A stretch of 64,000 nt of DNA from the NCBI GenBank assembly GCA_045613445.1, contig JAZLAZ010000027.1:674-64673 (forward strand), written 5' to 3'. Source of the DNA: Candidatus Enterousia sp. (lineage in GTDB: Bacteria > Pseudomonadota > Alphaproteobacteria > Rs-D84). The notes beneath the pieces were generated by a model. The model was not told the origin of the DNA. It did not search any database and saw nothing but the letters and a program-made list of their open reading frames with translations. The position numbers and the translations under genes were made by a program. Of this stretch, positions 1 to 10,864 are shown piece by piece. Each line of letters starts with the position of its first letter. The stretch's first letter is position 1.

Positions 1-1167
1 AACATCCAACAGCAATACATCCTTTACATCACCTTTTAATACACCACCCTGAATTGCAGCACCCATACCAACAACTTCATCTGGGTTTACACCCTTGTGT
101 GGTTCACGACCAAAGAATTCTTTTACTGTTTCTGCAACCTTTGGCATACGGGTTTGCCCACCAACCAAGATAACTTCATTGATTTGTGATTTTTCCAAAC
201 CTGCATCCTTTAACGCTTTCTTGCATGGTTCGATTGTGCGTTCAATCAAATCAGCAACCAATGATTCCAACTTTGCGCGTGTCAGTGTTGTATTAAAGTG
301 TTTTGGTCCTGTGGCATCTGCTGTCAAGTATGGCAAATTGATATCTGTTGTTGTCTTTGATGACAATTCGATTTTTGCCTTTTCTGCCGCTTCTTTCAAA
401 CGTTGTAATGCCAATTTATCACCGGACAAATCAATACCGGTCTGCGATTTGAATTCTGCAATCAAATGTTCCAAGATACGCGCGTCAAAGTCAGAACCAC
501 CCAATGCCGTATCACCATTTGTAGATTTTACTTCGAATACACCATCAACAATTTCCAAAATAGACACATCGAATGTTCCACCACCAAGGTCATAAACAGC
601 AATTACACCGTCTTTACCTTTGTCTAAACCATATGCCAACGCGGCGGCTGTTGGTTCATTGACGATACGCAAAACATTTAACCCCGCGATACGACCAGCA
701 TCTTTTGTTGCTTGGCGTTGGGAATCGTTAAAGTATGCAGGCACTGTAATAACAGCATCTGTTACCGTTTCACCCAGATAACTTTCAGCATCTTTCTTTA
801 ATTTTGCTAAAATCATTGCAGAAATCTGAGACGGTGCATATTTTTTACCATCCATTTCAACCCATGCATCACCGTTTTCGCCCGCAACGATTTTATATGG
901 TACGCGTGCAGCGATTTCTTTGACAGCAGGGCTGTCAAAGCGCAACCCCATCAAGCGTTTGATTTCATAGATTGTATTTTCAGGATTTGTTACCGCCTGA
1001 TTTTTGGCAGTAATACCAACCAACTGTTCTCCGTTATTTGTCAACGCAACAACCGAAGGTGTTGTTCGTTGTCCTTCGGAATTTTCAATAATTTTTGGTT
1101 CTGTTCCGTCCATGAACGCCATGGCCGAATTAGTTGTTCCAAGGTCAATACCTAGTACTTTTCCCAT
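1..1167 (-). CDS. dnaK: Molecular chaperone DnaK (5' part; runs off the window start)
   Basis: Reverse strand reads [14 protein letters not shown]...[18 protein letters not shown]...DLGGGTFD...DVLLLDV. AAGGAG RBS upstream. Absent from the ORF track because it is truncated. Confidence 0.97.
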   Translation of the reverse strand, partial: MGKVLGIDLGTTNSAMAFMDGTEPKIIENSEGQRTTPSVVALTNNGEQLVGITAKNQAVTNPENTIYEIKRLMGLRFDSPAVKEIAARVPYKIVAGENGDAWVEMDGKKYAPSQISAMILAKLKKDAESYLGETVTDAVITVPAYFNDSQRQATKDAGRIAGLNVLRIVNEPTAAALAYGLDKGKDGVIAVYDLGGGTFDVSILEIVDGVFEVKSTNGDTALGGSDFDARILEHLIAEFKSQTGIDLSGDKLALQRLKEAAEKAKIELSSKTTTDINLPYLTADATGPKHFNTTLTRAKLESLVADLIERTIEPCKKALKDAGLEKSQINEVILVGGQTRMPKVAETVKEFFGREPHKGVNPDEVVGMGAAIQGGVLKGDVKDVLLLDV

Positions 1168-1200
1168 AATTTCACTCCTTAAAATTTTCGCTTACCCACC

Positions 1201-1228
1201 ATATAGTTATGCAAAAAATGTTTTCAAG
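1201..1228 (-). promoter_or_regulatory. Putative RpoH (sigma32) promoter of dnaK
   Basis: Minus strand CTTGAA-N16-CTATAT resembles the alphaproteobacterial heat-shock promoter consensus and lies just upstream of dnaK. Confidence 0.6.
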
Positions 1229-1299
1229 GGGCAACAGACATATTTTCTTAAAAAAAATCCGTCCATGACGGACGGATAATTTGCAATATAATCAGAAGA

Positions 1300-1914
1300 T
1301 TATTTCTTTGAAGCAGCCATTGCAGCAGCTTTTGCTTTTTCATCTTCTTCCATTGGCATTTTTCCACCGATAATTGCGAATGCCAATTCTGCTTGATGCA
1401 AGCCCAATTCAATACCAGCTGGCAAAACCAAGTCTGAACCGTGAACTACATCGCCAATTGTCAAGTTAGCCAAATCAATAACGATTTTTTCTGGCATTGC
1501 ATCAACCAAGCCTCGCAAAGCAACTTTACGAACAGCAAAGTTCAATGTTCCACCCAATTTCAAACCTTTTGATGTTTCAGCGTTGACAACTTCGACAGGC
1601 ACAACGACATTTACAGGTTTTTTTACATCGATACGTTTAAAATCAACATGAATTGGCGCATCAGATACAGGATGATATTGAATATCCATCAACATTGCAT
1701 CTTCTGTACCTTCAGCTGTTTTGATTTGGAATAATTTTGTCCGCAAACTTGGTGTGTTCAACAACATCCCAAATTCATGACCATTTAATTCGATTGCGAC
1801 AGGGGCTTTCTTTTCCCCATAGATAACAGCAGGGATATTTTTATTATTGCGGATGCTACGTGCGGCCCCCTTGCCAGCAACATTGCGAATTTCTGCATTT
1901 ACATTGATTGCCAT
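1300..1914 (-). CDS. rplY: 50S ribosomal protein L25/Ctc
   Basis: GKGAARSIR...IPAVIYG, QYHPVSDAPIHVDF and a C-terminal beta domain. Confidence 0.95.
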   Translation of the reverse strand: MAINVNAEIRNVAGKGAARSIRNNKNIPAVIYGEKKAPVAIELNGHEFGMLLNTPSLRTKLFQIKTAEGTEDAMLMDIQYHPVSDAPIHVDFKRIDVKKPVNVVVPVEVVNAETSKGLKLGGTLNFAVRKVALRGLVDAMPEKIVIDLANLTIGDVVHGSDLVLPAGIELGLHQAELAFAIIGGKMPMEEDEKAKAAAMAASKK

Positions 1915-2014
1915 TTTTTATCCTTTTTATAGCATTTTGTTACTCTTACACAGCCTCCAAGGGTGCTGTGCGGGGCATATTATTACTTAAAACATTGGAA
2001 AAATCAAGGACTTT

Positions 2015-3646
2015 TTACTTCCATGCACTTGGTATTGATGACCAATCTGCCAGTCCTGTATCTTCTGAATACATTTTACCGACATGTGAATTTGATGCGT
2101 CCGGCCAAATTTCATATAAATATTTGCCACCAATTTTTGCAGAATCACCCGTCAAGGAATAGTTACGATAAAAAGTTTCTGCGAACATCTGCGCCTGTGG
2201 TGTTCCTGTTAAATCACCAAACACACCATCTTGGATGCCAGTCAGACCTGAACAGTTAAAGAATGTTCTATAAAAGATTTGTGGTGCAACATTTCCGTAT
2301 ATTTTAGCAAACAAACCACTTGGCACATCGCCAGTCAATCCTGCACATCCCGCAAAGGTATTATAAAACATCTTTTCTGCAGGTGCGCCTTCTATATCTG
2401 CGAATAAATTGTGTGGGATTTGCCCGAACAAGCTATCACACATATTAAATGTACTTTCAAACATACGCTTTACGGGCGCGCCTGTAATTCCAGCAAATAA
2501 ATCCCCAGGAATTTCACCTGTCAACTGGCCGCATCCATAAAAAGTATTTCCAAACATCAATTCTTGTGGTCCTGCGTTAAATCGACCGAACAATCCTGCT
2601 GGTATGTTACCTGTCAATCCAGAACAACCTGAAAAAGTTGCATTATACATACGCTGGGCAGGCGCACCAAAAATACCTGCGAACAATCCTGTTGGAATCG
2701 CAGTCAGCCCAGAACAGCCTGAAAATGTCGAGTGAAACATATCGCGTGCAGGTGGTCCAGAAATTCCAGCAAACAATTTGGCAGGAATTTCTCCACTTAT
2801 TCCGGAACAATTTTCAAATGTTCTGTAAAACAAGCCTTCGGTTGGTTCACCTGTGATGCCGGCAAACAAGTCGCTTGGGATTTGACCAATCAGTTTGTTA
2901 TCCCCGTAAAAAGTTCCGTAAAACATATTTTTGGCAGGTTTGCCAGAAATCCCTGAAAACAACGATGGCGGTATCGTACCAGATAAGTTTGAATTATTTC
3001 CAAATGTATAATAGAACTTTGGCTGTGTTCCATTTGCCAATGTTGAAAAAACTTGACCCAAACTGCCAGATATTCCAGCGATATTTTGATTGTTGTTAAA
3101 ACTGATTGCAGCTGTTGTCCCACCGTTATTATATGCGGTTGCTTTACCATCTAATTCAACTATATATTTACCAGGTGTATCATATTTATGACTGTACAGA
3201 ACTTCGTTAGTATTTTGTTTATCTAACACTTCTTCGTGTCCGTCCCCCCATTTTACATAGAATTTTCCCTTGGCAGATATAGTAAATTCTATATCTTTGG
3301 CTGTGTCAGTTGTATTTAATTTGAATGGGAACCCAATGAATTTGATTAGTGTATCAACTGCTTGTTGTGCTGCGATGGTATCTGCGGCGGCAGTTGTTGC
3401 GTATTCTGTTTCGCCATAATTAGTTGTCGGCCAACCATTTAACTTATAGTTTGCGACATCTATTGCAGTCAATAAATACTTCATATTTACTGCTACACTA
3501 GTATCAGTCAACTGCTCATTGATAGGGACAACGATATTCCACTTTTGCAAAATCAACTTATGAACATAATCAACATTCACAATCTGCGCAGCCCGCACAT
3601 CTAGAACAGAAAGAATCCAAATAAATGCAGCAAACAACCATTTCAT
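2015..3646 (-). CDS. Secreted surface protein with PKD-like WGDG domain and BspA/LRR-like ~27-aa repeats
   Basis: Signal peptide MKWLFAAFIWILSVLDVRA (start 3646 preferred over 3685). Motif VKWGDG...YSHKY. Repeats of the form F..TF.GCSGLTG.IP..LFAGI.G.PA..M. Confidence 0.75.
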   Translation of the reverse strand: MKWLFAAFIWILSVLDVRAAQIVNVDYVHKLILQKWNIVVPINEQLTDTSVAVNMKYLLTAIDVANYKLNGWPTTNYGETEYATTAAADTIAAQQAVDTLIKFIGFPFKLNTTDTAKDIEFTISAKGKFYVKWGDGHEEVLDKQNTNEVLYSHKYDTPGKYIVELDGKATAYNNGGTTAAISFNNNQNIAGISGSLGQVFSTLANGTQPKFYYTFGNNSNLSGTIPPSLFSGISGKPAKNMFYGTFYGDNKLIGQIPSDLFAGITGEPTEGLFYRTFENCSGISGEIPAKLFAGISGPPARDMFHSTFSGCSGLTAIPTGLFAGIFGAPAQRMYNATFSGCSGLTGNIPAGLFGRFNAGPQELMFGNTFYGCGQLTGEIPGDLFAGITGAPVKRMFESTFNMCDSLFGQIPHNLFADIEGAPAEKMFYNTFAGCAGLTGDVPSGLFAKIYGNVAPQIFYRTFFNCSGLTGIQDGVFGDLTGTPQAQMFAETFYRNYSLTGDSAKIGGKYLYEIWPDASNSHVGKMYSEDTGLADWSSIPSAWK

Positions 3647-3650
3647 GACA

Positions 3651-3848
3651 CTAATCCGCTGGTGGTAATGGTGGGGTAGGTACATTAAACGAACCTGTTA
3701 CAGTATATTCTCCGGCCATTGTTTGTTTTGTATCTGCAGAAACACCGACACGCGTTTCGATAGCTTCGTTCACATAATTGGTAGACGGAATAGCTGCCCA
3801 AACAGGCAATACAAAAAACACCGCCAAAAATATGACGATAACACGCAT
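3651..3848 (-). CDS. Small secreted protein (65 aa), copy 2
   Basis: Signal peptide MRVIVIFLAVFFVLPVWA; GAGGAAG RBS; near-identical to 4148..4345. Confidence 0.75.
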   Translation of the reverse strand: MRVIVIFLAVFFVLPVWAAIPSTNYVNEAIETRVGVSADTKQTMAGEYTVTGSFNVPTPPLPPAD

Positions 3849-3921
3849 TAGATTCCGACTTCCTCTCGTTCCTTAAATATCTATGGTAAATAGGCTACAA
3901 AAAAATACAGACTGTATGCAA

Positions 3922-4121
3922 CTGTATTTTTATAAGATTCAAAAATCTGGCACGACCATATGTTTTGTCACGCAGAACACCCCATTTTATCGTATTTGGT
4001 GCTGTGAAGTTAGATACCTCTTGTTCCTAAACAACAATTGTTCCTGTGTGAACAATTTTTCCCAACCGTTTTACAAACGCCACACCTAAATTAGCCATTG
4101 TATATGGCGGATCAACAAAAA
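3922..4121 (-). pseudogene. rsmD: Duplicated 3' fragment of rsmD with a nonsense mutation
   Basis: Copy of 4419-4618. TGG (4524-4526) has become TAG (4027-4029). No 5' part. Confidence 0.9.
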
Positions 4122-4147
4122 ACCACTAATCCTTTTCATATTATTCT

Positions 4148-4345
4148 TTATTCTGGTGACGGTAATGGCTGGGTAGGCACTTTTAAAGAACCTGTTACAG
4201 TATATTCTCCAGCCATTGTTTGTTTTGTATCCGCAGAAACGCCGACACGCGTTTCAATAGCTTCGTTCACATAATTGGTAGACGGAATAGCTGCCCAAAC
4301 AGGCAATACAAAAAACACCGCCAAAAATATGACGATAACACGCAT
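4148..4345 (-). CDS. Small secreted protein (65 aa), copy 1
   Basis: Signal peptide and Pro-rich C-terminus; differs from copy 2 only in the last ~12 aa. Confidence 0.75.
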   Translation of the reverse strand: MRVIVIFLAVFFVLPVWAAIPSTNYVNEAIETRVGVSADTKQTMAGEYTVTGSLKVPTQPLPSPE

Positions 4346-4418
4346 TAAATTCCGACTTCCTCTCGTTCCTTAAAGATCTATGGTAAATAGGCTACAAAAA
4401 AATACAGACTGTATGCAA

Positions 4419-4979
4419 CTATTTTTTTACAAGAATCAAAAATCTGGCACGACCATATGTTTTGTCACGCAGAACACCCCATTTCATCGTATTTGGTACT
4501 GTGAAGTTAGATGTCTCTTGTTCCCAAACAACAATTGTTCCTGTGCGAACAATTTTCCCCAACCGTTTTACAAACGCCACACCTAAATTAGCCATTGTAT
4601 ATGGCGGATCAACAAAAATAACATCTGAGATTGGGGCATATTGTGGAATGGCGGCAATTGCATCACCATGATATGTTTGTGCCCGCCCACCAACAGATAA
4701 CATTGCCAAATTACTACGCACAGTCTGTACAGAACTGAATGCAACATCACTGAACAAAACGCAAGACTGTGGATAACGTGACAGACATTCAATTCCTAAC
4801 GCCCCACTACCTGCAAACGCATCCCAAACAGTAAATTGGGAATATGGGTCTGCAATTATACCTTCCAGCATGTTAAACAACGCAATTCGCGCCATATTCT
4901 GTGTAGGACGTGCATTTGGTGGCAATTTCAAGCGTCGTCCATGAAACATCCCAGAAATAATTTGCAATTTTGAATCCAT
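4419..4979 (-). CDS. rsmD: 16S rRNA m2G966 methyltransferase RsmD
   Basis: LQIISGMFHGRRL, RPT, DAFAGSGALGIECLSR, FVDPPY. Confidence 0.9.
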   Translation of the reverse strand: MDSKLQIISGMFHGRRLKLPPNARPTQNMARIALFNMLEGIIADPYSQFTVWDAFAGSGALGIECLSRYPQSCVLFSDVAFSSVQTVRSNLAMLSVGGRAQTYHGDAIAAIPQYAPISDVIFVDPPYTMANLGVAFVKRLGKIVRTGTIVVWEQETSNFTVPNTMKWGVLRDKTYGRARFLILVKK

Positions 4980-4996
4980 GCTGTAAAGTATAAACC

Positions 4997-5485
4997 ATGA
5001 AATTTATGAATCAAGCCCTTGTTTTAGCAAAAAAAGCATTTGAACACGACGATGTACCAATCGGCGCTGTGATTGTTCGTGATGGCAAAATAATTGCGCG
5101 TGGTGAAAATCAGGTACAAATGCGCAAAAATCCAACATTACACGCAGAAATAGTCGCAATAAATCGTGCCTGTAAAAAACTGGGAACAAAATTTTTAGAC
5201 GGCTGTGATATTTATGTATCTTTGGAACCTTGTGCGATGTGTGCAACCGCAATATCTTTGGCACGCATAAATAACATTTACTTTGCAGCAACTGATGAAA
5301 AGGGCGGTGGAATTACATCAAACGCACGCATTTATGAAACAGACAAACACCTATGGAAACCAAAAGTGTATCAAGTCCCAGAATATGCAGACGAATCCGC
5401 ACAATTATTGAAAGTTTTTTTTCAAAAACAACGAAATAAGAAAAAGGACGTAAAATGCAAAAAGAAACAACACACTATTTTATGA
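4997..5485 (+). CDS. tadA: tRNA adenosine deaminase TadA-like
   Basis: DVPIGAVIV, HAE, LEPCAMC zinc-deaminase motifs. Confidence 0.85.
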   Translation: MKFMNQALVLAKKAFEHDDVPIGAVIVRDGKIIARGENQVQMRKNPTLHAEIVAINRACKKLGTKFLDGCDIYVSLEPCAMCATAISLARINNIYFAATDEKGGGITSNARIYETDKHLWKPKVYQVPEYADESAQLLKVFFQKQRNKKKDVKCKKKQHTIL

Positions 5486-5892
5486 TAGACAAAGATTCTT
5501 TCGACAATGGTACCGCAGAAAGATGTTCAGTAATATCATTAGATGCAACATCTGAAAATCCTTTTCGTACAGCAATTTTTCACACAAGATACGAAGCAAA
5601 CCCATGTGGATTTGGCTCTATTATCAAAATGAACGACAATAATTACTGGGTAAGAACTCTCAAATACAATGAACATAATTATGATTATGTCGTTGTTTTG
5701 GAAAAAGGTACTGATAAGTTAGTTGTTTATGGCAACAAAACGGGTGAGCGCACTATTAAAAGTCCAATTAAAGCAGAACGTGGCGATTATTTGTTGTTAC
5801 ACACAAAACATAATACAATTATTCATAATGTGACCCGTGCCAAGATGAAATTTGAAATACAAAAAATGCTGATAAACTTTAAAGAAAAATAA
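5455..5892 (+). CDS. Hypothetical protein
   Basis: 145-aa ORF with AAGGA RBS, overlapping the tadA end; no recognisable motif. Confidence 0.6.
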   Translation: MQKETTHYFMIDKDSFDNGTAERCSVISLDATSENPFRTAIFHTRYEANPCGFGSIIKMNDNNYWVRTLKYNEHNYDYVVVLEKGTDKLVVYGNKTGERTIKSPIKAERGDYLLLHTKHNTIIHNVTRAKMKFEIQKMLINFKEK

Positions 5893-5897
5893 TATTA

Positions 5898-7364
5898 TCA
5901 CACCAACGAATTACCAGTCATTTCGGCTGGTTTTTGTATCCCTAAGATTTTCAAAATTGTTGGGGCAACATCTGCCAATCCACCATTATGCACAGATTTA
6001 ATGCCGTCCCCAACAACAATAAAATTCACAGGATTCGTTGTGTGTGCCGTCCATGGCAAACCGTTATCAGACATCTGTTCTGCATTTCCATGATCTGCAG
6101 TTATCAATACGACACCACCCATTTTTAACACAGCTGGTACCAAACGCGCCAATTGTGCATCTAATATTTCCAATGCTTTTATCGTTGCTATCATATTCCC
6201 TGTGTGTCCAACCATATCACCATTTGCATAGTTTAAAATAACGACATCATATTCTGGCAATACAGCCAATAATTTATCAGTAATTTCCCTTGCGGACATT
6301 TCAGGTTTCATATCAAATGTCGCCACATCTGGCGAAGGCACTAAAATCTTTTTACCGCCAACAAAATCAATATTTCTTTCTGCATCAAAAAAGTAAGTTA
6401 CATGATTATATTTTTCCGTTTCGGATATACGCAACTGTCGCAGACCGTTTTCTGCCAAAACATCCCCCAATGTGTTTTCAACCACCAAATCCGTCAACAG
6501 TGCAGGGCAACGCTCATTCAAACCTTCACCATATTGTGAAAAACATAAAATTTTTGCCCCAGTGGTCAATATCGTACGCATTATCTGTCTGGCGCGATCA
6601 CTACGATAATTTCCAAAAATAAATCCATCTTTATTTGTAATTGGCATATCACCACTAATTACAATTGGTTTAATAAATTCATCTGTTTCGCCATTTGAAT
6701 AAGCTGTTTTTAATGCAGAATCAATGTCCGGTGCAATACTATCAGATTGCGCCAACGCAATTGCATCAAAAGCCATTTTTGTTCGTTCGTTATTATTGTT
6801 TCTATCCATGGCATAATATCTGCCCGACACGGTACCAAAAAACACACTATTATCTTGTAATTCTGCAGCCAATTCTGATTTTATTAAATCGATATACTGC
6901 TGTGCAGATTGCGGTGGCGTATCGCGACCATCTGCGATAAAGTGCAAACATACACGCAATCCAGTTCCTGTAACATACTTTATTATCGTCAATATATCAT
7001 TTATATCAGAATGTACGCGCCCGTCAGACATCAGACCTGCAACATGCACAATCCCGCCAGACATTTTTACAGAACGCACAAAATCATTTAACGGCTGATT
7101 CTTTGTCCAATCTTCCAATTGAAATCTACGCAAGAATTGATTGACAACACGTCCAGCCCCAATTGTAATATGTCCAACTTCTGAATTTCCCATAACACCG
7201 TCTGGCAATCCAACAGATATACCACTGGCATTTAATTCAGAATGTGGATATTCTTTCAACAGTTTATTAAAAAAAGGCATATTTGCCTGTGCGACGGCAT
7301 TACTTTTTGTTTCTTTAGCTATACCCACACCATCCATGATACATAATACGATTGGTTTTGTCAT
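5898..7364 (-). CDS. gpmI: 2,3-bisphosphoglycerate-independent phosphoglycerate mutase
   Basis: MGNSEVGH, DGRDT, GRYYAMDR, ETEKYNHVT, DMVGHTG, TADHGNAE. Confidence 0.96.
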   Translation of the reverse strand: MTKPIVLCIMDGVGIAKETKSNAVAQANMPFFNKLLKEYPHSELNASGISVGLPDGVMGNSEVGHITIGAGRVVNQFLRRFQLEDWTKNQPLNDFVRSVKMSGGIVHVAGLMSDGRVHSDINDILTIIKYVTGTGLRVCLHFIADGRDTPPQSAQQYIDLIKSELAAELQDNSVFFGTVSGRYYAMDRNNNNERTKMAFDAIALAQSDSIAPDIDSALKTAYSNGETDEFIKPIVISGDMPITNKDGFIFGNYRSDRARQIMRTILTTGAKILCFSQYGEGLNERCPALLTDLVVENTLGDVLAENGLRQLRISETEKYNHVTYFFDAERNIDFVGGKKILVPSPDVATFDMKPEMSAREITDKLLAVLPEYDVVILNYANGDMVGHTGNMIATIKALEILDAQLARLVPAVLKMGGVVLITADHGNAEQMSDNGLPWTAHTTNPVNFIVVGDGIKSVHNGGLADVAPTILKILGIQKPAEMTGNSLV

Positions 7365-7481
7365 AAATATTCCTTTGTTTCCTTACCATAACAGGGTATC
7401 ACAACTGTTTTTTAATTGCAAAAGCAAAAGAAAAAATGTATAACATTAGGATGTATATCTTAAACCAAGGAAACATACAAT

Positions 7482-7901
7482 ATGAGTGGCAAACCTTTTT
7501 TACCAACATCTACAGACGAACACATTGGTCAACGCATGCAATTGCGTCGCGTTATGATGGGTATGTCTCAGAAAGATTTGGCCAAAATCTGTGGTGTTAC
7601 ATTTCAGCAAATTCAAAAATATGAATCTGCTGGCAATCGCATATCTGCATCGCGTCTATTTGATTTAAGTGTTGCACTACAAACACCGATTGCATTTTTC
7701 TTTCATGGATTACCTGGACATATCGATCACGAATCCAGAAACGGAAAATTACCAAAAAATTATGTCAGTGATCAACCTGCGAACGATCCACTATCAAAAA
7801 ATGAATCTTTACAATTGATAAATTTATATTGGAAATTACCAAACGACAGCCAACGCGAAGCAATTATGAAAATGTTAAAGGCATTAAACGGTCAAGAATA
7901 A
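7482..7901 (+). CDS. XRE-family HTH transcriptional regulator
   Basis: GMSQKDLA...GVTFQQIQKYESAGNRISASRL, a typical alphaproteobacterial XRE HTH. Confidence 0.9.
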   Translation: MSGKPFLPTSTDEHIGQRMQLRRVMMGMSQKDLAKICGVTFQQIQKYESAGNRISASRLFDLSVALQTPIAFFFHGLPGHIDHESRNGKLPKNYVSDQPANDPLSKNESLQLINLYWKLPNDSQREAIMKMLKALNGQE

Positions 7902-7943
7902 CAAAATAAAAAAGTCCCGAAATCGGGATTTTTTTATTATCTA

Positions 7944-8030
7944 TGGTGGGGATAGTGGGACTCGAACCCACACGGTCGCAATGACCAAAGGATTTTAAGT
8001 CCTCAGCGTCTACCATTCCGCCATATCCCC
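7944..8030 (-). tRNA. tRNA-Leu(TAA)
   Basis: Cloverleaf with anticodon arm GAGGA-CTTAAAA-TCCTT, long variable arm, GTTCGAG and encoded CCA. Confidence 0.95.
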
Positions 8031-8045
8031 GAAGACTTACATGTT

Positions 8046-8121
8046 TGGTGGAGCTGATGGGACTCAAACCCACGACCTCTACGATGCGAACGTAGCGCTC
8101 TATCAACTGAGCTACAACCCC
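8046..8121 (-). tRNA. tRNA-Ala(CGC)
   Basis: Anticodon arm CTACG-TTCGCAT-CGTAG, G3:U70 identity pair, encoded CCA. T-loop reads TTTGAGT (C56 replaced by T). Confidence 0.92.
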
Positions 8122-8129
8122 AAAAAGCA

Positions 8130-8216
8130 TGGTGGGCGTAAGAAGACTCGAACTTCCAAGGTATTGCTACCACTAGTACCTGAAACTAGCGCGTCTACCA
8201 ATTCCGCCATACGCCC
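8130..8216 (-). tRNA. tRNA-Leu(CAG)
   Basis: Anticodon arm CTAGT-TTCAGGT-ACTAG, long variable arm, encoded CCA. Confidence 0.95.
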
Positions 8217-8354
8217 ATAACAGCGACACTGATAATAATGCAAATTCAATATAATTGCAACAAGAAAATCGATTTTATTTTTTCATAAAACATTGGCAAA
8301 ATTTGATTATTCGCTTGCACAGAAAATCACAAATTTGCTAACATTTTACCAGAG

Positions 8355-10808
8355 ATGAAGAAAATTCTAGTTTTTGCAACAAATTTATTACTCTGTATTG
8401 GTGTCGCTGATGCAGCTGTTCGTGATGCTACTGGTATGCCACGTGCAAAAACAGACCGCACACCAACACAATCACGCGTTGCCACAACAAACAAGCGCGC
8501 TACAACAAAAAAAACTGTTTTGTCGCCACGCACACCCGCAACAAACAAGCGAACAACTACTGCACGTACTGCGATACAAACGACAAAGTCTGTTATATCA
8601 CGTGCAGGTGACACAATCGCAATATCTGATACACGCACCGGTGCGGAATACGAAAAATGTAAAAACACATACTTTACCTGTATGGATCAGTTTTGCACAC
8701 TAAAGAACGATGATTATCGACGCTGTTCATGCAGTGATCGTGTGTTTAACATGATTGATCAGCGCAACACTTTGGAAGACGCAAACGAACAATTGACAGT
8801 ATTTACAGAAAGTCTTGATGCAGTTGGCATGACAGCATCTCAGGCAGCGGCGATGAAGCAAGCATCCGAAGGTGAAAATGCTCTGACCAGTGACAAATCC
8901 GCATCCAAGGCATTATTACAGGCAATCATGAACTCTATTCGTGGCAAAGACGCCAATGTTGGTGGAAAATATTCTGATCTCAACAGTATCAATATATCTT
9001 TTGATACCGCCAACGCATTTGGCATGGCAGATGCTGGTCAGGCAATCGCAGCATACAATGGTGTTGCGCTGTATAACGCTGTATATCCACAATGTCGTCA
9101 GGCCGTCAAAAAAGATTGTTCTGACGCGTCATTACAACGTGCAGTAACCGCATATTTAATGGCCGTCGAACAAGATTGCAATACAGTACAATCAGCAATT
9201 GAAACAACACAAAAACAATTAAAATCCGCTGTCCGCGAAGGCAGCGCAATGTTGGATTTGGCACGTGTTGAAAATCGTCAAAAACACAATTCTTCAAATT
9301 TAACAACATGTATCAATGAAATCGAATCTGCAATACTCAGCGAAGAAGTTTGCGGTGCTAACTATCATAAATGCTTGGACAACGGTGAATACATAGATGT
9401 ATCAACAGGTAAACCAATCACTGGCGTATCTGACTTTTACAAACTGGGCGAACTGTTAAAATTTGCAGACGGTATTGATTCTGCGAATCAAAAACTGTCC
9501 AAACTGTCCAACAATCGCACATTCATTCAAAACTTTGAAAATCGGGTTAAAAAATTCGCAGAACCAGCATTGAACAAATGTACAGAACAGGCTGACATTG
9601 CATGGGCCAATTATCTAGACAAGGCATTATTAGATATTTATTATGCCCAACAATCAAAAGTTAGTGAAATCAAGCAAGCTTGTTTTGATTTCGTTTCATC
9701 CTGCTATATAAACGCAAATAAATCAATAACCACCGCTATGAGTGTATTGACCAATGGCAACGAAATCGTAATCAATCCTGACAAAATTGCATTGACTGAT
9801 AAAATGTGCAAAGATTATATAGATTCATGTGACGGCATGTTCAAAGATCCAGATGATCCAAATCTTGGAATTATTGCACAATACATCGAATCTCAGAAAC
9901 AAACTGATATGTTGGCGTCTTGTCGCGCTGTCGCAAAACAATGTTTTGATAAATACGGTGGGACAAATTATGAAAACTTTTATTATCCATACAGCGGTCT
10001 GTTCCAACCAGGATATGCACCGGATTGGTTTGCATTACATGAATATAACGTAATAGAAAAACAAGATAGCAACGGTAAAAATACATATGAATACCAGCTG
10101 CCTTCTGCTACATCCTATGTGTCAACATGTGCTGCACAATTGGCAGACATTGCATCTTGCAGCAAAACTGAAATAATGGAAAAAACATTTGGTGGATTTA
10201 ACAAATATATTGTTACAGACGAAAACAATAACAACAAATATGTTGTATACGGTACACATGCAGAAAATTCTACATCGGCACCAAACAATCGTTTTTCACG
10301 TTCATCAGGTGTCGCCACCGAAGTTTATAATCAAGTATTATCCGTCTTGTCTACACAATGTATGAATATTCAAGGACGTTTTGTAGAATATCAAAATGCA
10401 ATTACAGACAAAATTTATGACAATGGAACATGCAAGTTTGGAAAGCTGCCAGACTATACAGTGGTATACAAAAACTTATATAACATCCAACAGAACGAAT
10501 ATATATGCCCACGCGACTATGATATGAATGTTGACACAGAATCTTGGGGTATTTGTTCATGTTGGGCAAATGGTGCGCGTCGCAGCCAAAATAATTATAC
10601 CACAAAATGCGTTGAAAAATACAAAAACGCTAACAATGAATGGACTGATAAGGGCGTTGCCATATCTTCCAAGAATCAGGTTTGTGTATATTATATTTCA
10701 AAAACAGAAAACGCCACCTTACAAATAAAATGCACTTCTGAACCCAATTTAGAAAATAGCAATTTCGATATCATACCTGATGTTGCATATTTACCCGAAG
10801 GCATTTAA
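8355..10808 (+). CDS. Large secreted Cys-rich protein (paralog of 12422..14893)
   Basis: Signal peptide, R/T-rich low-complexity N-terminus, C...Y..CMDQFC....D..RRC.CS core. Confidence 0.8.
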   Translation: MKKILVFATNLLLCIGVADAAVRDATGMPRAKTDRTPTQSRVATTNKRATTKKTVLSPRTPATNKRTTTARTAIQTTKSVISRAGDTIAISDTRTGAEYEKCKNTYFTCMDQFCTLKNDDYRRCSCSDRVFNMIDQRNTLEDANEQLTVFTESLDAVGMTASQAAAMKQASEGENALTSDKSASKALLQAIMNSIRGKDANVGGKYSDLNSINISFDTANAFGMADAGQAIAAYNGVALYNAVYPQCRQAVKKDCSDASLQRAVTAYLMAVEQDCNTVQSAIETTQKQLKSAVREGSAMLDLARVENRQKHNSSNLTTCINEIESAILSEEVCGANYHKCLDNGEYIDVSTGKPITGVSDFYKLGELLKFADGIDSANQKLSKLSNNRTFIQNFENRVKKFAEPALNKCTEQADIAWANYLDKALLDIYYAQQSKVSEIKQACFDFVSSCYINANKSITTAMSVLTNGNEIVINPDKIALTDKMCKDYIDSCDGMFKDPDDPNLGIIAQYIESQKQTDMLASCRAVAKQCFDKYGGTNYENFYYPYSGLFQPGYAPDWFALHEYNVIEKQDSNGKNTYEYQLPSATSYVSTCAAQLADIASCSKTEIMEKTFGGFNKYIVTDENNNNKYVVYGTHAENSTSAPNNRFSRSSGVATEVYNQVLSVLSTQCMNIQGRFVEYQNAITDKIYDNGTCKFGKLPDYTVVYKNLYNIQQNEYICPRDYDMNVDTESWGICSCWANGARRSQNNYTTKCVEKYKNANNEWTDKGVAISSKNQVCVYYISKTENATLQIKCTSEPNLENSNFDIIPDVAYLPEGI

Positions 10809-10864
10809 TAATACACAAATATTTTTCGGGGCAGGGAACAACCAATAAAAGTTACAGTCAAATA

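Larger units (their letters stand above)
3651..4618. repeat. Tandem duplication with 497-bp offset (3651-4121 vs 4148-4618)
   Basis: Direct near-identity of the small gene, its upstream region and the rsmD 3' end. Confidence 0.95.

Noticed and set aside
95-595. 166-aa plus-strand ORF (and 1004..1279)
   Set aside because: Antisense shadow frame of dnaK, a well-known artefact.
3883-4586. Duplicated 68-aa plus-strand ORFs (3883..4089 and 4380..4586)
   Set aside because: Antisense to rsmD and its duplicated fragment.
7864-8130. 88-aa ORF
   Set aside because: Overlaps tRNA genes.
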